From assembly GCA_002339355.1 (NCBI GenBank), contig DDKQ01000086.1:1-41962 (forward strand): 41,962 nucleotides of DNA, written 5' to 3'. Each line of letters begins with the position of its first letter. Within the stretch, counting starts at the first letter, position 1. Position numbers and translations under genes: made by a program. The notes below the pieces were generated by a model that did not search any database, had not been told where the DNA came from, and saw only the letters and a program-made list of their open reading frames with translations. Source of the DNA: Candidatus Subteraquimicrobium carltonvillense. Its GTDB lineage: Bacteria; Actinomycetota; Aquicultoria; Subteraquimicrobiales; Subteraquimicrobiaceae. Shown here in pieces: positions 25,797 through 34,737 of the stretch.

Positions 25797-26809
25797 TCTC
25801 TCATTTCCACGGTAACCCAACGTTTTCCGAATCTTGCAGCCTCAACGTGGGTGTTGAAACATAGATCAACCCTATAACCTTTGATGGCTTTGCCAACATC
25901 GCCCGCTATTGCCTCCCCGTAACCTGAGATATAAAGCTTAGTACCGAGGGGAATGACACGGGGGTCAACAGCAACAACACCGTATCCGGCGGGCATGCCC
26001 GTCGATGTTCTTCGATTTCCAGAGCCCGTACAAATCTTGCAAGGACAATATGCAGTTGCCAGTATCCTAAAGCTTCCTGCGTGGATGCCTCTACTCGGAG
26101 GTTGTAGTTGATGCATTTTGCTTCTAATCAAAGAGGCCCTAGTTTTAAGTATCCTTAATTTCCCGTAGCTTAATCTCTTCTCCCGCCGTATTTTATATAG
26201 AAAATTTCTTTTCTCCTTAAGTTTTTGAGATAGCGACTTTCGCCTTGATTCATACTCGGATTTTAAATGGGTAAGATATTCACAGTTCCCTTCGATCTCA
26301 TCTTTGAGATGTTCAAGACGTTCTTTTTCCTGGCTTACACATCTAACCAATTCCGCATCGTTTGCGGCAATGATTTGCACATAGGTTAGGGTCTTAAGGA
26401 GGGTATAAAAATCATTTGAATTAAAGAGGAATTGGGCAGGACTTACTTCTCCACTAATATAAATATTCTTGATCCTCTCATTGAGTATCTCGGTTTTCTC
26501 GCGAAGTTTTTCATTTGTTCGTTGCCACTCGCCCTCCAGTTGGAGGAGCCTATATCGAGTAGCCGAAAGTTTCGCGCTCAGGGATTCAAGTTCTTTCTCA
26601 TTGCGCTCCAGACTGGTATCGATGGCTACTAATTCGGTGAGGATACTCTTCTCTTGTCCCTCTAATGATGATATCCGTGTTTGTTGCCTTTGAATTTCTA
26701 ATTCTGCATTGTTTAATGGATTAGAGGCGGTGGGGTTAGCTACACTTAGTGGTAAAAGTAGTGCAATGACAAATGCCAGAACTAAAGCAAGAGATCTCTC
26801 CCTCAGCAT
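25793..26809 (-). CDS. coiled-coil protein with C-terminal 3D (MltA-like double-psi barrel) domain
   Basis: Signal anchor and long coiled coil. C-terminus ATAYCPC...TSTG....GVVAVDPRVIPLGTKLYISGYG.A.A.D.G.AIKG.R.D is the 3D-domain pattern. Confidence 0.75.
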   Translation of the reverse strand: MLRERSLALVLAFVIALLLPLSVANPTASNPLNNAELEIQRQQTRISSLEGQEKSILTELVAIDTSLERNEKELESLSAKLSATRYRLLQLEGEWQRTNEKLREKTEILNERIKNIYISGEVSPAQFLFNSNDFYTLLKTLTYVQIIAANDAELVRCVSQEKERLEHLKDEIEGNCEYLTHLKSEYESRRKSLSQKLKEKRNFLYKIRREKRLSYGKLRILKTRASLIRSKMHQLQPPSRGIHAGSFRILATAYCPCKICTGSGNRRTSTGMPAGYGVVAVDPRVIPLGTKLYISGYGEAIAGDVGKAIKGYRVDLCFNTHVEAARFGKRWVTVEMRD

Positions 26810-27053
26810 ACAACCTCCTTTAGGCGGGGCAGGCGGTTGTATTCTAGATATAAACCAAAAACCAATTTATCACATCCTTTCCTTCGGCGAAACACCTTTT
26901 TGAAAAAAATTTTAAACCCGCAGCTGATAAGGAGGAAAAAATTTTCTCGCCGTTTAGCAACTATAACACGTTTTAAGTGGTTGAACAGCACTGATTTATC
27001 GCAGGGTTTATCTGTGATAGAATACCTTTGAGTTGAAGTTAGGAGGGCAGTTT

Positions 27054-29804
27054 TTGTACCTTAAATCTCTTACTCTTCGCGGATTTAAATCCTTTGCTGA
27101 TAAGACACTCTTTAAATTCGAGCCAGGGATAACCATTATTGTCGGACCCAATGGCAGTGGTAAGAGCAATATAACCGATGCCATCCTCTGGGTATTGGGT
27201 GAACAAAATCCCCGAGCACTTCGGGGCTCCTCCATGGAGGATATAATATTTGCAGGGAGTTCCCTGAGACCAGCTCTGGGTTTAGCGGAAGTTTCCCTCT
27301 ATCTCGATAATTCCGATGGTTTCCTCCCCGTTGAATTCTCCGAAGTCGTCATCACTCGAAGAATATTGCGTTCAGGGGAGAGTGAATACCTCATAAATGA
27401 TTCACCCTGCCGCCTTGTGGACATTCAAGATCTCCTCTCAGAAAGCGGTTTGAATAAGGATTGTTCAATCGTCGGTCAAGGCAAACTCGAGGACATCTTG
27501 ACCAGTAAATCCGATGAAAGGAGGATACTCCTTGAAGAAGCTGCGGGAGTCTTGAGACATAAAAACCGTAAGGAAAGAGCCCTACGGAAGCTAGTTTCCA
27601 TGGATCACAATCTGATTCGGATAAAAGATGTGTTACAAGAGGTCAATCGTCAACTAAAACCATTAAAAGTTCAAGCAGATCGAGCTCAGACCCATGAAAA
27701 ACTCTCAAAGCAGTTAAGGGATCTTGAGGTTGAACTTTGTATCATGAAGCTTGAGGAACTTCAATCCGAATGGAATGATCTCAAGATAAAGAAGGAGAAT
27801 TTGAATTCTAAGATCGATGCCTTGAAGGAAGAACTCACATCGGAGAAAAGAAAACTGGAGCAGCTGCACAATAGCTTGGAGGAGAAAGGTATCCAGGTCA
27901 GTGATATTGGAGAGCAACGCCGCCATCTACAAGGAATCTACGAGCGGTTAAATAGTAGGCTTCTCCTTCTCGAAGAAAAGGGCAAGAATTTAATCGAACG
28001 TTTGAGTGAATTTCGGCAGAAAATTCATCAGCTTGAAAAGAGAAAAGACCAAAGAGAAAAGGAGATAGCCCAGCTAAAAGAGGAGAGGTTTGTTACCGAT
28101 ACGGAGCTCAAGCGAATTCACACCTATCTTTCCGAACTTCACCAAAGGATGGAAACCCTTGGAACAAATAGGAAAAAGATTGAGGAGAAAATTGAGCAAA
28201 TTGAGCAGGCAATCTATTCAAAACAATCAAAGCTCGCACAGAAAAAAAGAATATGGGAAGAGGAAGCGACATGGATCGCATTGGAACGCACTTTGGCCAA
28301 AGTCCTTTCCAGTTTAAGGAAACAAGCCAAAAAATTGGCACTCTGCCAACAAAATTTGCTAGATTTATTACAAAAACTTGAGGGAAGAGGATCTTTAAGA
28401 GATTTGACCCAATTATGTCAGGATGTAAAGGCAAAACTCGAAAAAATCCAAGATGAACAGGAAACGATCCAGGAAAATTTCCTTGAAGTTTTGGAGAATC
28501 TTCCCAGACGTGCCACCGCCATTGGAGACAAGCCCCAAAAAAAGCTGAAGGACGAAATTGCATCCCTTGAGGAAGAAATCACCATTTTAGACCATAAAAT
28601 GCAGGTTCTCGAGAAGGAAAAGGGTCTTTCCTCAGAGGAAGGAGATAAAATCCGTAAAGAGATTACCCAATGCCAAGCTGAACTTGCTTCCCTGGAAGAG
28701 CGAAGAGTTTATACAGAGAAACAACTGGTTACAGCCAAGAGAGAGTTAAATGAGGTTGAAGATCTTCTAAAGTCAGAATATGGAATCGCTCGATCACTAG
28801 AGCATTTAAGAAAGCGAATTCAACCCCTCCACAATCTTTTTTGTCAGCTGGTAAGTGAAATTGAGCAGTGGGATTCCAAACTAGAGAACATAGTCACTGA
28901 TGAAGAAAATGTTTCAAGGGGGATTCGAAAATCCATTAAGGAATCCCAAACCAAAGTGGGCTTCTTGGACGGACAAATAGAACAACTACGGGAAAATGTA
29001 CATCGTATCGAAGTTTCCCAGGCTCAACTGGAGCTCGAAGTCAAAACCTTGGTCGAAAAGATCGTGGGGGAATACGGTGTTTCCCTTGAAAAAGCTCTTA
29101 AAGATAGCCCAAGGGGCTCCAAAGGAACCTATGAATTTCAAATTCAAAAGCTAAAAGAGGAAATCGCTAAATTGGGGCCAGTCAACCCCATAGCCTTGAA
29201 AGATTTTGCCGCCTTGGAAGAAAGGCAAAAGTTTCTTAATACCCAAATCAATGACCTTTTAGAAAGCAAGCGAGCTTTGGGGAAGGTCATTAGAGCCATT
29301 GACAAAAAAATCGAGGATAGAATCCTCGAGACCTTCGAGGAAGTTAACCTAAATTTCCAATCAATCTTCTCCTATTTATTTCCAGGTGGAAAGGGTGAAC
29401 TCACCTTAACTGACAGAGATGATGTACTGAATACGGGCATCGATATTGAAGCTCAACCCGGTGGAAAAAGATTGCAGAAATTATCATTATTATCAGGGGG
29501 AGAAACTGCTCTTGTGGCTTTGGCGTTTCTGTTTGCAATTTATCATACGCATCCCAGCCCCTTTTATGTACTCGATGAAGTCGAAGCCACTCTGGATGAC
29601 GTAAATCTACAGCGCTTTATCGCCCTTGTAAGCAAGCTTAGGGGTAAGGTCCAATTCCTCATCATGACCCATCAAGGGCGAACCATGGAAATAGCTGATG
29701 CAATCTACGGTGTTTCCATGCAGGCTGATGGGATATCCAAACTCATTTCACAGAAATTCAAACCGGAAGAGGAAGTAGCGTATGAAAAAGCGGGGAGAAC
29801 TTAA
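27054..29804 (+). CDS. smc: SMC chromosome-condensation ATPase, short form without recognisable hinge
   Basis: TTG 27054 lies 7 nt after AGGAGGG and gives (M)YLKSLTLRGFKSF. Walker A GPNGSGKSN, signature LSLLSGGE, Walker B FYVLDEVEATLD. rnc-smc-ftsY synteny. Confidence 0.85.
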   Translation: MYLKSLTLRGFKSFADKTLFKFEPGITIIVGPNGSGKSNITDAILWVLGEQNPRALRGSSMEDIIFAGSSLRPALGLAEVSLYLDNSDGFLPVEFSEVVITRRILRSGESEYLINDSPCRLVDIQDLLSESGLNKDCSIVGQGKLEDILTSKSDERRILLEEAAGVLRHKNRKERALRKLVSMDHNLIRIKDVLQEVNRQLKPLKVQADRAQTHEKLSKQLRDLEVELCIMKLEELQSEWNDLKIKKENLNSKIDALKEELTSEKRKLEQLHNSLEEKGIQVSDIGEQRRHLQGIYERLNSRLLLLEEKGKNLIERLSEFRQKIHQLEKRKDQREKEIAQLKEERFVTDTELKRIHTYLSELHQRMETLGTNRKKIEEKIEQIEQAIYSKQSKLAQKKRIWEEEATWIALERTLAKVLSSLRKQAKKLALCQQNLLDLLQKLEGRGSLRDLTQLCQDVKAKLEKIQDEQETIQENFLEVLENLPRRATAIGDKPQKKLKDEIASLEEEITILDHKMQVLEKEKGLSSEEGDKIRKEITQCQAELASLEERRVYTEKQLVTAKRELNEVEDLLKSEYGIARSLEHLRKRIQPLHNLFCQLVSEIEQWDSKLENIVTDEENVSRGIRKSIKESQTKVGFLDGQIEQLRENVHRIEVSQAQLELEVKTLVEKIVGEYGVSLEKALKDSPRGSKGTYEFQIQKLKEEIAKLGPVNPIALKDFAALEERQKFLNTQINDLLESKRALGKVIRAIDKKIEDRILETFEEVNLNFQSIFSYLFPGGKGELTLTDRDDVLNTGIDIEAQPGGKRLQKLSLLSGGETALVALAFLFAIYHTHPSPFYVLDEVEATLDDVNLQRFIALVSKLRGKVQFLIMTHQGRTMEIADAIYGVSMQADGISKLISQKFKPEEEVAYEKAGRT

Positions 29805-30738
29805 ACTGAGCGACTCATCAAAGGGTTGGCTTAAAAGGTTAAAAACCGGTTTAAGAAGGAGTCGGGAAAAACTAACCGACCAACTTTTCGATATTTTTTT
29901 GAGAACAACGATACCCGGCGAAAAGGTATGGGATGATATCGAAGAAGTTTTGATTCAAGCGGATGTCGGCATCAAGGCCACCCTTAAAATAGTCCAGGAC
30001 CTTCGAGAACGCGTTGAGATCGAAAGGATCCAAGATCCTCTCCAAATCCTTGGACTACTTAAAGAAGAACTCATCCGCATTCTTGGTGACTCCAAAGAGC
30101 CCCTTCTCCTGGCAAATAAACTCAATGTCTTAATAATCGTTGGGGTCAATGGTGTGGGCAAGACAACTGCTATAGCCAAAATCGCTCATCGAGCTATGAA
30201 AGGAGGTTTAAAAGTCCTCCTCGCCGCCGCGGATACTTTTAGAGCAGCCGCCATTGAGCAACTGGAAATATGGGGGGAAAGAGTTAGAGCTCCCGTTCTA
30301 AAACATCAGAGAGGATCCGACCCAGCAGCTGTGGTCTACGATTCCATCCACGCCTCGCAGGCCAGGGGAGTCAACGTCCTTTTAATCGATACTGCAGGTA
30401 GATTGCATACCTATGTGAATTTAATGGAAGAACTGAAGAAGATCAAGCGCATAGCGGCGAGAGAGGCACCCAAGTCCAACATAAAAACTTTACTGGTCAT
30501 AGACGCTACAACCGGTCAGAATGGAATCGCTCAAGCCAAATTGTTCGATGAAGCTCTCAAAATCGATGGAATAATCCTCACCAAATTGGACGGCACGGCT
30601 AAGGGTGGCATAGTGGTCACCATCGCTGATGAGCTTAGAATACCCATAAATCTCATAGGAGTGGGAGAAAGGCTCGAAGATTTGTGTGAATTTAATGCCA
30701 ACGAGTTCGTTGAAGCCCTTTTATCCAGGGACATTTAG
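29782..30738 (+). CDS. ftsY: signal recognition particle receptor FtsY
   Basis: GVNGVGKTTAIAKIA, DTAGR, TKLDGTAKGG. Overlaps the smc end. Confidence 0.92.
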   Translation: MKKRGELKLSDSSKGWLKRLKTGLRRSREKLTDQLFDIFLRTTIPGEKVWDDIEEVLIQADVGIKATLKIVQDLRERVEIERIQDPLQILGLLKEELIRILGDSKEPLLLANKLNVLIIVGVNGVGKTTAIAKIAHRAMKGGLKVLLAAADTFRAAAIEQLEIWGERVRAPVLKHQRGSDPAAVVYDSIHASQARGVNVLLIDTAGRLHTYVNLMEELKKIKRIAAREAPKSNIKTLLVIDATTGQNGIAQAKLFDEALKIDGIILTKLDGTAKGGIVVTIADELRIPINLIGVGERLEDLCEFNANEFVEALLSRDI

Positions 30739-31109
30739 ACCTTGCCTGCCGGACGGGTAGGCGGGAAATCTTTCTCAAGCACTCTAATGATTTTGCTCTC
30801 AATTTTCTTTTGGACCTCGATGGGCAGATTTGCGAGCCTATACAAAGTCATTATCAAATTGGGTTTTAACATCAGATATCGGGAAACTTTTCGAACCCGA
30901 TATTCCATGAAATAATCGGGTGAGATTCCAAAACCAGCGGCGATTCTTCTGATAACCTCGTCTGAGGGTGCAGGCATCCTGCCTCTTTTTAATTTACTCA
31001 AATAGGTATAATCAACTTTGCACCTGCGCGCAAACTTCCTCAGGCTGACTCCGCACTGCTTAAATAACTCCGTTAGTGCTTCGTGAAAAAGTTCGTGAGA
31101 ATACTTCAT
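30735..31109 (-). CDS. XRE-like helix-turn-helix protein
   Basis: ATG 31109 after AAGGGAGAAAGA. GVSLRKFARRCKVDYTYLSKLKRGRMPAPSDEVIRRIAAGFGISPDYF is an HTH_XRE-type pattern. Confidence 0.6.
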   Translation of the reverse strand: MKYSHELFHEALTELFKQCGVSLRKFARRCKVDYTYLSKLKRGRMPAPSDEVIRRIAAGFGISPDYFMEYRVRKVSRYLMLKPNLIMTLYRLANLPIEVQKKIESKIIRVLEKDFPPTRPAGKV

Positions 31110-31238
31110 TCTTTCTCCCTTGATTTTGAAATTAAATTCCAACTTTATTATCGTTTGCAATCGATTAATACTTTATACTGGATAAAAGATTGTAAGGATA
31201 ATAATTTCCAGAATCCACTTATAAAGGTTACCTTGAAC

Positions 31239-31417
31239 TATTAACGATTTAGGTTGACACTTTTGACATTTAAGGGAGGGGTAAGTGCTTAAGAAAACCT
31301 GCCCGTACGGGGCGGCGGCCGGAGTATTACTTTGGTGAAACTAAAACCAGGCCGACCGCGTGGGCTCACGAGCACTTCACCCCGACCATAGTGTTAACCC
31401 ATCTTGTTAATAATACA
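31239..31417 (+). repeat. inverted-repeat-bounded structured element, copy 2 (candidate ncRNA or MITE-like element)
   Basis: Same arms as 20106-20375, with a 70-nt unrelated GC-rich core. Almost the whole 179 nt can be drawn as one rod (details in findings). Confidence 0.8.
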
Positions 31418-31495
31418 GGTTTACCTACTAGAGATAGGAAGGTGAGTTTACCTTGGCGGATAAGAAATGGGGAGAGAAAATGAGAATCTATGGGG

Positions 31496-32554
31496 TCATT
31501 GGTTCATGCACTCTGTAACAAAAAAATGACCTCTAGCTCGAATCTTTGAGATTTTGGACCAGAGGATATAAACGTCCCCGTTTGGTCTCACCAGACCGGA
31601 TTCCAAAATAGTGTCTTTGGGTGAGGAAGAAAGTGGGATAAGAAGATTTTTACCCTTGCGAGTAATTTTCGCCAAGTAAATAGTCTTGGATTTTGAAGCA
31701 ACCGATTTTGTTCCGGCAAAGTATAGGCTACGCTCCCTGTCCATCCCAAGGCAGACACCGGTAAGTCCCAGGGACTTCCAGGATTCTGAGAGTATAGTTT
31801 TTTGAGTGAAAATGTCCACCATTTTCAATGATTCTTTCTTACCATCCAAAAAAATGAGGTAAACATCATTCCCATGAACAACCCAGGCTATAGGGTATTC
31901 CTCCTTGGAAAGGGAGAGGGTTTTTACCTTTTTAAGCTCCCCTTTCCTGTTGAGAATTTGTACCGTTAAAGAAGATTGAGATATAGATGAGGTGATTATG
32001 CTCCCATTTTTGTATGCTAAATTATTGTGAGAAAAATATAATATTGGATTTCCGATCACCCCCAGGGCTTGTTCTTCAGTTAAAGGATAGATTCTCCCCA
32101 GGAATTTTCCTTGTCTGTCAAACCTCTGAATTTCTATACTGGCAGAGAGGGGCTTATTCGATTCAGAAACCAGCGTCTTGCTCACCCCCATATAAATATT
32201 TTCCCGCTCATCGACACAACATCCCCAGATGCGATAGGCGGAATATTTTACCTCATTCGAATCGGTCTCTGGTGCGATGGCGAGTTTCTTTCGAGGAACT
32301 ATCTTCAAAAGTAGTTTCCCTTTGGGATTGAATTTTCTCACCGCGAAATCTCCTTCGGCAACGTATATATTCCCGGCATTATCCAGTATCAAAAAGGGTG
32401 TTCCCCGAGCTTCTAGAGAATTTAAGGTATAAGATACCGAGGTAATAATCTTTGGTTTACCATACTTGCTGGATATTGATTTTCCTCCACAACCCATTAA
32501 ACTAAAGATCAACGGGAGGATTATACTCACAACTATTTTCCGAGATATTCTCAC
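31496..32554 (-). CDS. hypothetical lipoprotein, beta-rich (propeller-like) fold
   Basis: Lipobox LMGC after a signal peptide. Repetitive beta-strand-like segments (G.IY., NG.IY). No family recognised. Confidence 0.55.
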   Translation of the reverse strand: MRISRKIVVSIILPLIFSLMGCGGKSISSKYGKPKIITSVSYTLNSLEARGTPFLILDNAGNIYVAEGDFAVRKFNPKGKLLLKIVPRKKLAIAPETDSNEVKYSAYRIWGCCVDERENIYMGVSKTLVSESNKPLSASIEIQRFDRQGKFLGRIYPLTEEQALGVIGNPILYFSHNNLAYKNGSIITSSISQSSLTVQILNRKGELKKVKTLSLSKEEYPIAWVVHGNDVYLIFLDGKKESLKMVDIFTQKTILSESWKSLGLTGVCLGMDRERSLYFAGTKSVASKSKTIYLAKITRKGKNLLIPLSSSPKDTILESGLVRPNGDVYILWSKISKIRARGHFFVTECMNQ

Positions 32555-32627
32555 CTTACCAACACCCTAAATTGGATATTACCATAAACTCCCTCTTGTG
32601 ATATAAGCTTTTTGGCTCCACCCTTGC

Positions 32628-32656
32628 TTGACACCCACCTTCCGCTTCTATAATAT
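32628..32656 (+). promoter_or_regulatory. putative ffh promoter
   Basis: TTGACA 32628-32633, then TATAAT at 32649-32654 (15-nt spacer) or TAATAT at 32651-32656 (17-nt spacer). Confidence 0.55.
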
Positions 32657-32688
32657 GGTCGGTAGCTTGTAGGTATCAGGAGGCAGAA

Positions 32689-34020
32689 ATGTTTGAAAAT
32701 CTATCTACCAGATTACAAACCATATTTGCCAAGCTGAGATCGCGTGGAAGATTAAGCGAGAGGGATGTCGACGATGCTCTTCGCGAGGTCCGCCTGGCCC
32801 TTTTAGAAGCAGATGTCAATTTTAAAGTGGTGAAAAACTTCGTCCTAGCGGTTAGAGAGCGGGCTGTGGGAAGCGAGGTCTTTGAAAGCTTGACCCCCGG
32901 GCAACAGGTTGTAAAGATCGTGTACGAAGAATTGACAAAGCTCATGGGACTCACACCCAGTAAGCTGGTCTTCGCCCCAAAACCTCCCACAAGCTTCATG
33001 CTCGTGGGGCTTCAGGGATCGGGGAAGACTTCAGCAACAGCAAAATTGGCCTACTATTTAAAATCCCTGGGCAAGAGACCGTTTATGATCACCACGGATA
33101 TTTACAGACCAGCTGCGGTAGCCCAACTCAAGACCCTCGGTGAAGAACTCAAAACACCCGTATTTTTCATGGATTTAAGGACACCGCCTTTGGAAATAGC
33201 CAAGCATGGGATCAAGGAAGCTATCCTCAATGGTTACGACGTTGTCATTTTGGATACCGCCGGACGCTTACATATCGATGAAACGATGATGGAAGAATTG
33301 AGGAAGTTGAGGGAGGAGATTCATCCACATCAAATTCTTCTCGTTGTAGATGCGATGACTGGTCAAGATGCTGTGAATCTGGCTCTTGCCTTCAAAGAAA
33401 AAATAGATTTCGATGGAGTCATATTGACGAAATTGGATGGCGATGCTCGTGGGGGAGCAGCTCTATCCATTAAAACGGTCACCAATAAGCCAATCAAACT
33501 CGTCAGCGTGGGCGAAAGATTGAATTGCCTTGAGCTCTTTCATCCCGACCGCATGGCCTCCAGAATATTGGGGATGGGTGACATACTGACCCTTATTGAG
33601 AAAGCAGAGGCAGCTGTAGATGCCCGTAAAGCGCAAGTTTTAGAGGAAAAATTAAGAAAGGGTCAATTTACCTTGGAAGATTTTCTCAATCAAATGCAAC
33701 AACTTAAAAAGATGGGACCCCTAAATCAGATTTTAGGGATGCTGCCAGGTATATCCGGATTGCCGGCTCCGAAGAATTTGCAGATAAGCGATGATGAGCT
33801 CACCCGGTTACAAGCTATAATTCAGTCAATGACCCCCGAGGAAAGAAGGAATCCCAATATCATCGATGGAAGCCGGCGCTTAAGGGTAGCGAGAGGCAGT
33901 GGAAATACCACTCAGGAGGTAAATCGGCTTTTAAGGCGCTTTCACCAAATTAAAAAACTCATGAAACAATTCGATAGTTTTCAAGGGATAAGGCTAGGAC
34001 GAAAAATCTTCCTCAGTTAG
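32689..34020 (+). CDS. ffh: signal recognition particle protein Ffh
   Basis: MFENLSTRLQ, GLQGSGKT, DTAGR, TKLDGDARGGAALS, and a Met-rich M domain. Confidence 0.95.
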   Translation: MFENLSTRLQTIFAKLRSRGRLSERDVDDALREVRLALLEADVNFKVVKNFVLAVRERAVGSEVFESLTPGQQVVKIVYEELTKLMGLTPSKLVFAPKPPTSFMLVGLQGSGKTSATAKLAYYLKSLGKRPFMITTDIYRPAAVAQLKTLGEELKTPVFFMDLRTPPLEIAKHGIKEAILNGYDVVILDTAGRLHIDETMMEELRKLREEIHPHQILLVVDAMTGQDAVNLALAFKEKIDFDGVILTKLDGDARGGAALSIKTVTNKPIKLVSVGERLNCLELFHPDRMASRILGMGDILTLIEKAEAAVDARKAQVLEEKLRKGQFTLEDFLNQMQQLKKMGPLNQILGMLPGISGLPAPKNLQISDDELTRLQAIIQSMTPEERRNPNIIDGSRRLRVARGSGNTTQEVNRLLRRFHQIKKLMKQFDSFQGIRLGRKIFLS

Positions 34021-34112
34021 AGTGGTCAGTTAGCTTGTTTGCTACTTAGCCAGTTGGCTTTTGTTTGAAATTTTAATCTTATGAGCAAATCAGTAAAGGT
34101 GGAGGTGATATA

Positions 34113-34421
34113 TTGGCGGTTAGAATACGATTGAGTAGAGTAGGAGCCAAGAAAAGACCCCTTTATAGGGTAGTGGTTGCAGATTCAAGGATGCCTAGAG
34201 ATGGCAGGTTTATTGAGATCATTGGGCGGTATAATCCCAAGACTGAACCCTCTTTTATTGAAATAGACAAGGAAAAAGTCCTGAAGTGGCTTGCTCGGGG
34301 GGCTCAACCCTCAGAAGCCGTAGAGCGGTTGCTCGAAATAACGGGTATTCGAGAGGAGTTTGAAACTCACAAAGATAAATACCTGCCTTCGGGTAAAAAG
34401 AATCAGGAGGTGACATCGTGA
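34113..34421 (+). CDS. rpsP: 30S ribosomal protein S16
   Basis: TTG start. (M)[37 protein letters not shown]. Confidence 0.92.
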   Translation: MAVRIRLSRVGAKKRPLYRVVVADSRMPRDGRFIEIIGRYNPKTEPSFIEIDKEKVLKWLARGAQPSEAVERLLEITGIREEFETHKDKYLPSGKKNQEVTS

Positions 34422-34648
34422 AAGAGTTGTTAGAAGTTCTTGCCCAAGCTCTTGTAGACAAACCAGAGGAGGTAAATGTAAGCGTTGTGGAGGGGGAAAG
34501 ATCGGTAATTTTACAGCTCCATGTAGCTCCCGAAGATGTGGGCAAGGTCATTGGAAAACAGGGACGTATCGCCAAGGCACTTCGAACAGTCGTCAAAGCC
34601 GCCGCCGTGAAGGAAGGGAAGAAGGCAATCGTTGAGATCATAGATTAA
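34418..34648 (+). CDS. KH-domain RNA-binding protein (YlqC/UPF0109)
   Basis: [19 protein letters not shown] is the GxxG KH motif. Position between rpsP and rimM is conserved. Confidence 0.85.
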   Translation: MKELLEVLAQALVDKPEEVNVSVVEGERSVILQLHVAPEDVGKVIGKQGRIAKALRTVVKAAAVKEGKKAIVEIID

Positions 34649-34689
34649 CTGGCGTTTTGCCATGGACATTTACATGTCCGACAAATAGT

Positions 34690-34719
34690 GGGCTGACACG
34701 AATAGGGTCAGCCCGTTTT
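34690..34719 (+). terminator. weak terminator/attenuator hairpin between KH gene and rimM
   Basis: GGGCTGAC (34690-97) / GTCAGCCC (34707-14), then GTTTT. Preceded by a second hairpin GGACAT-TTAC-ATGTCC (34664-79). Confidence 0.4.
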
Positions 34720-34737
34720 CCCTTTAAAGGATTTTCA

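Noticed and set aside
26803-27235. Small ORFs 26803-26991 (-), 26837-27031 (+) and 27008-27235 (-) in and around the smc upstream region.
   Set aside because: They are AT-rich, low-complexity translations without RBS. The last is antisense to the SMC Walker A region. The region is better read as a divergent promoter spacer.
34021-34066. Direct repeat CAGTTAGCTTGTTTG / CAGTTGGCTTTTGTTTG and a 5-bp hairpin AGCCA..TGGCT plus T-rich tail after ffh, considered as a terminator.
   Set aside because: The stem is too short to call with confidence. ffh-rpsP are commonly co-transcribed. Left unannotated.
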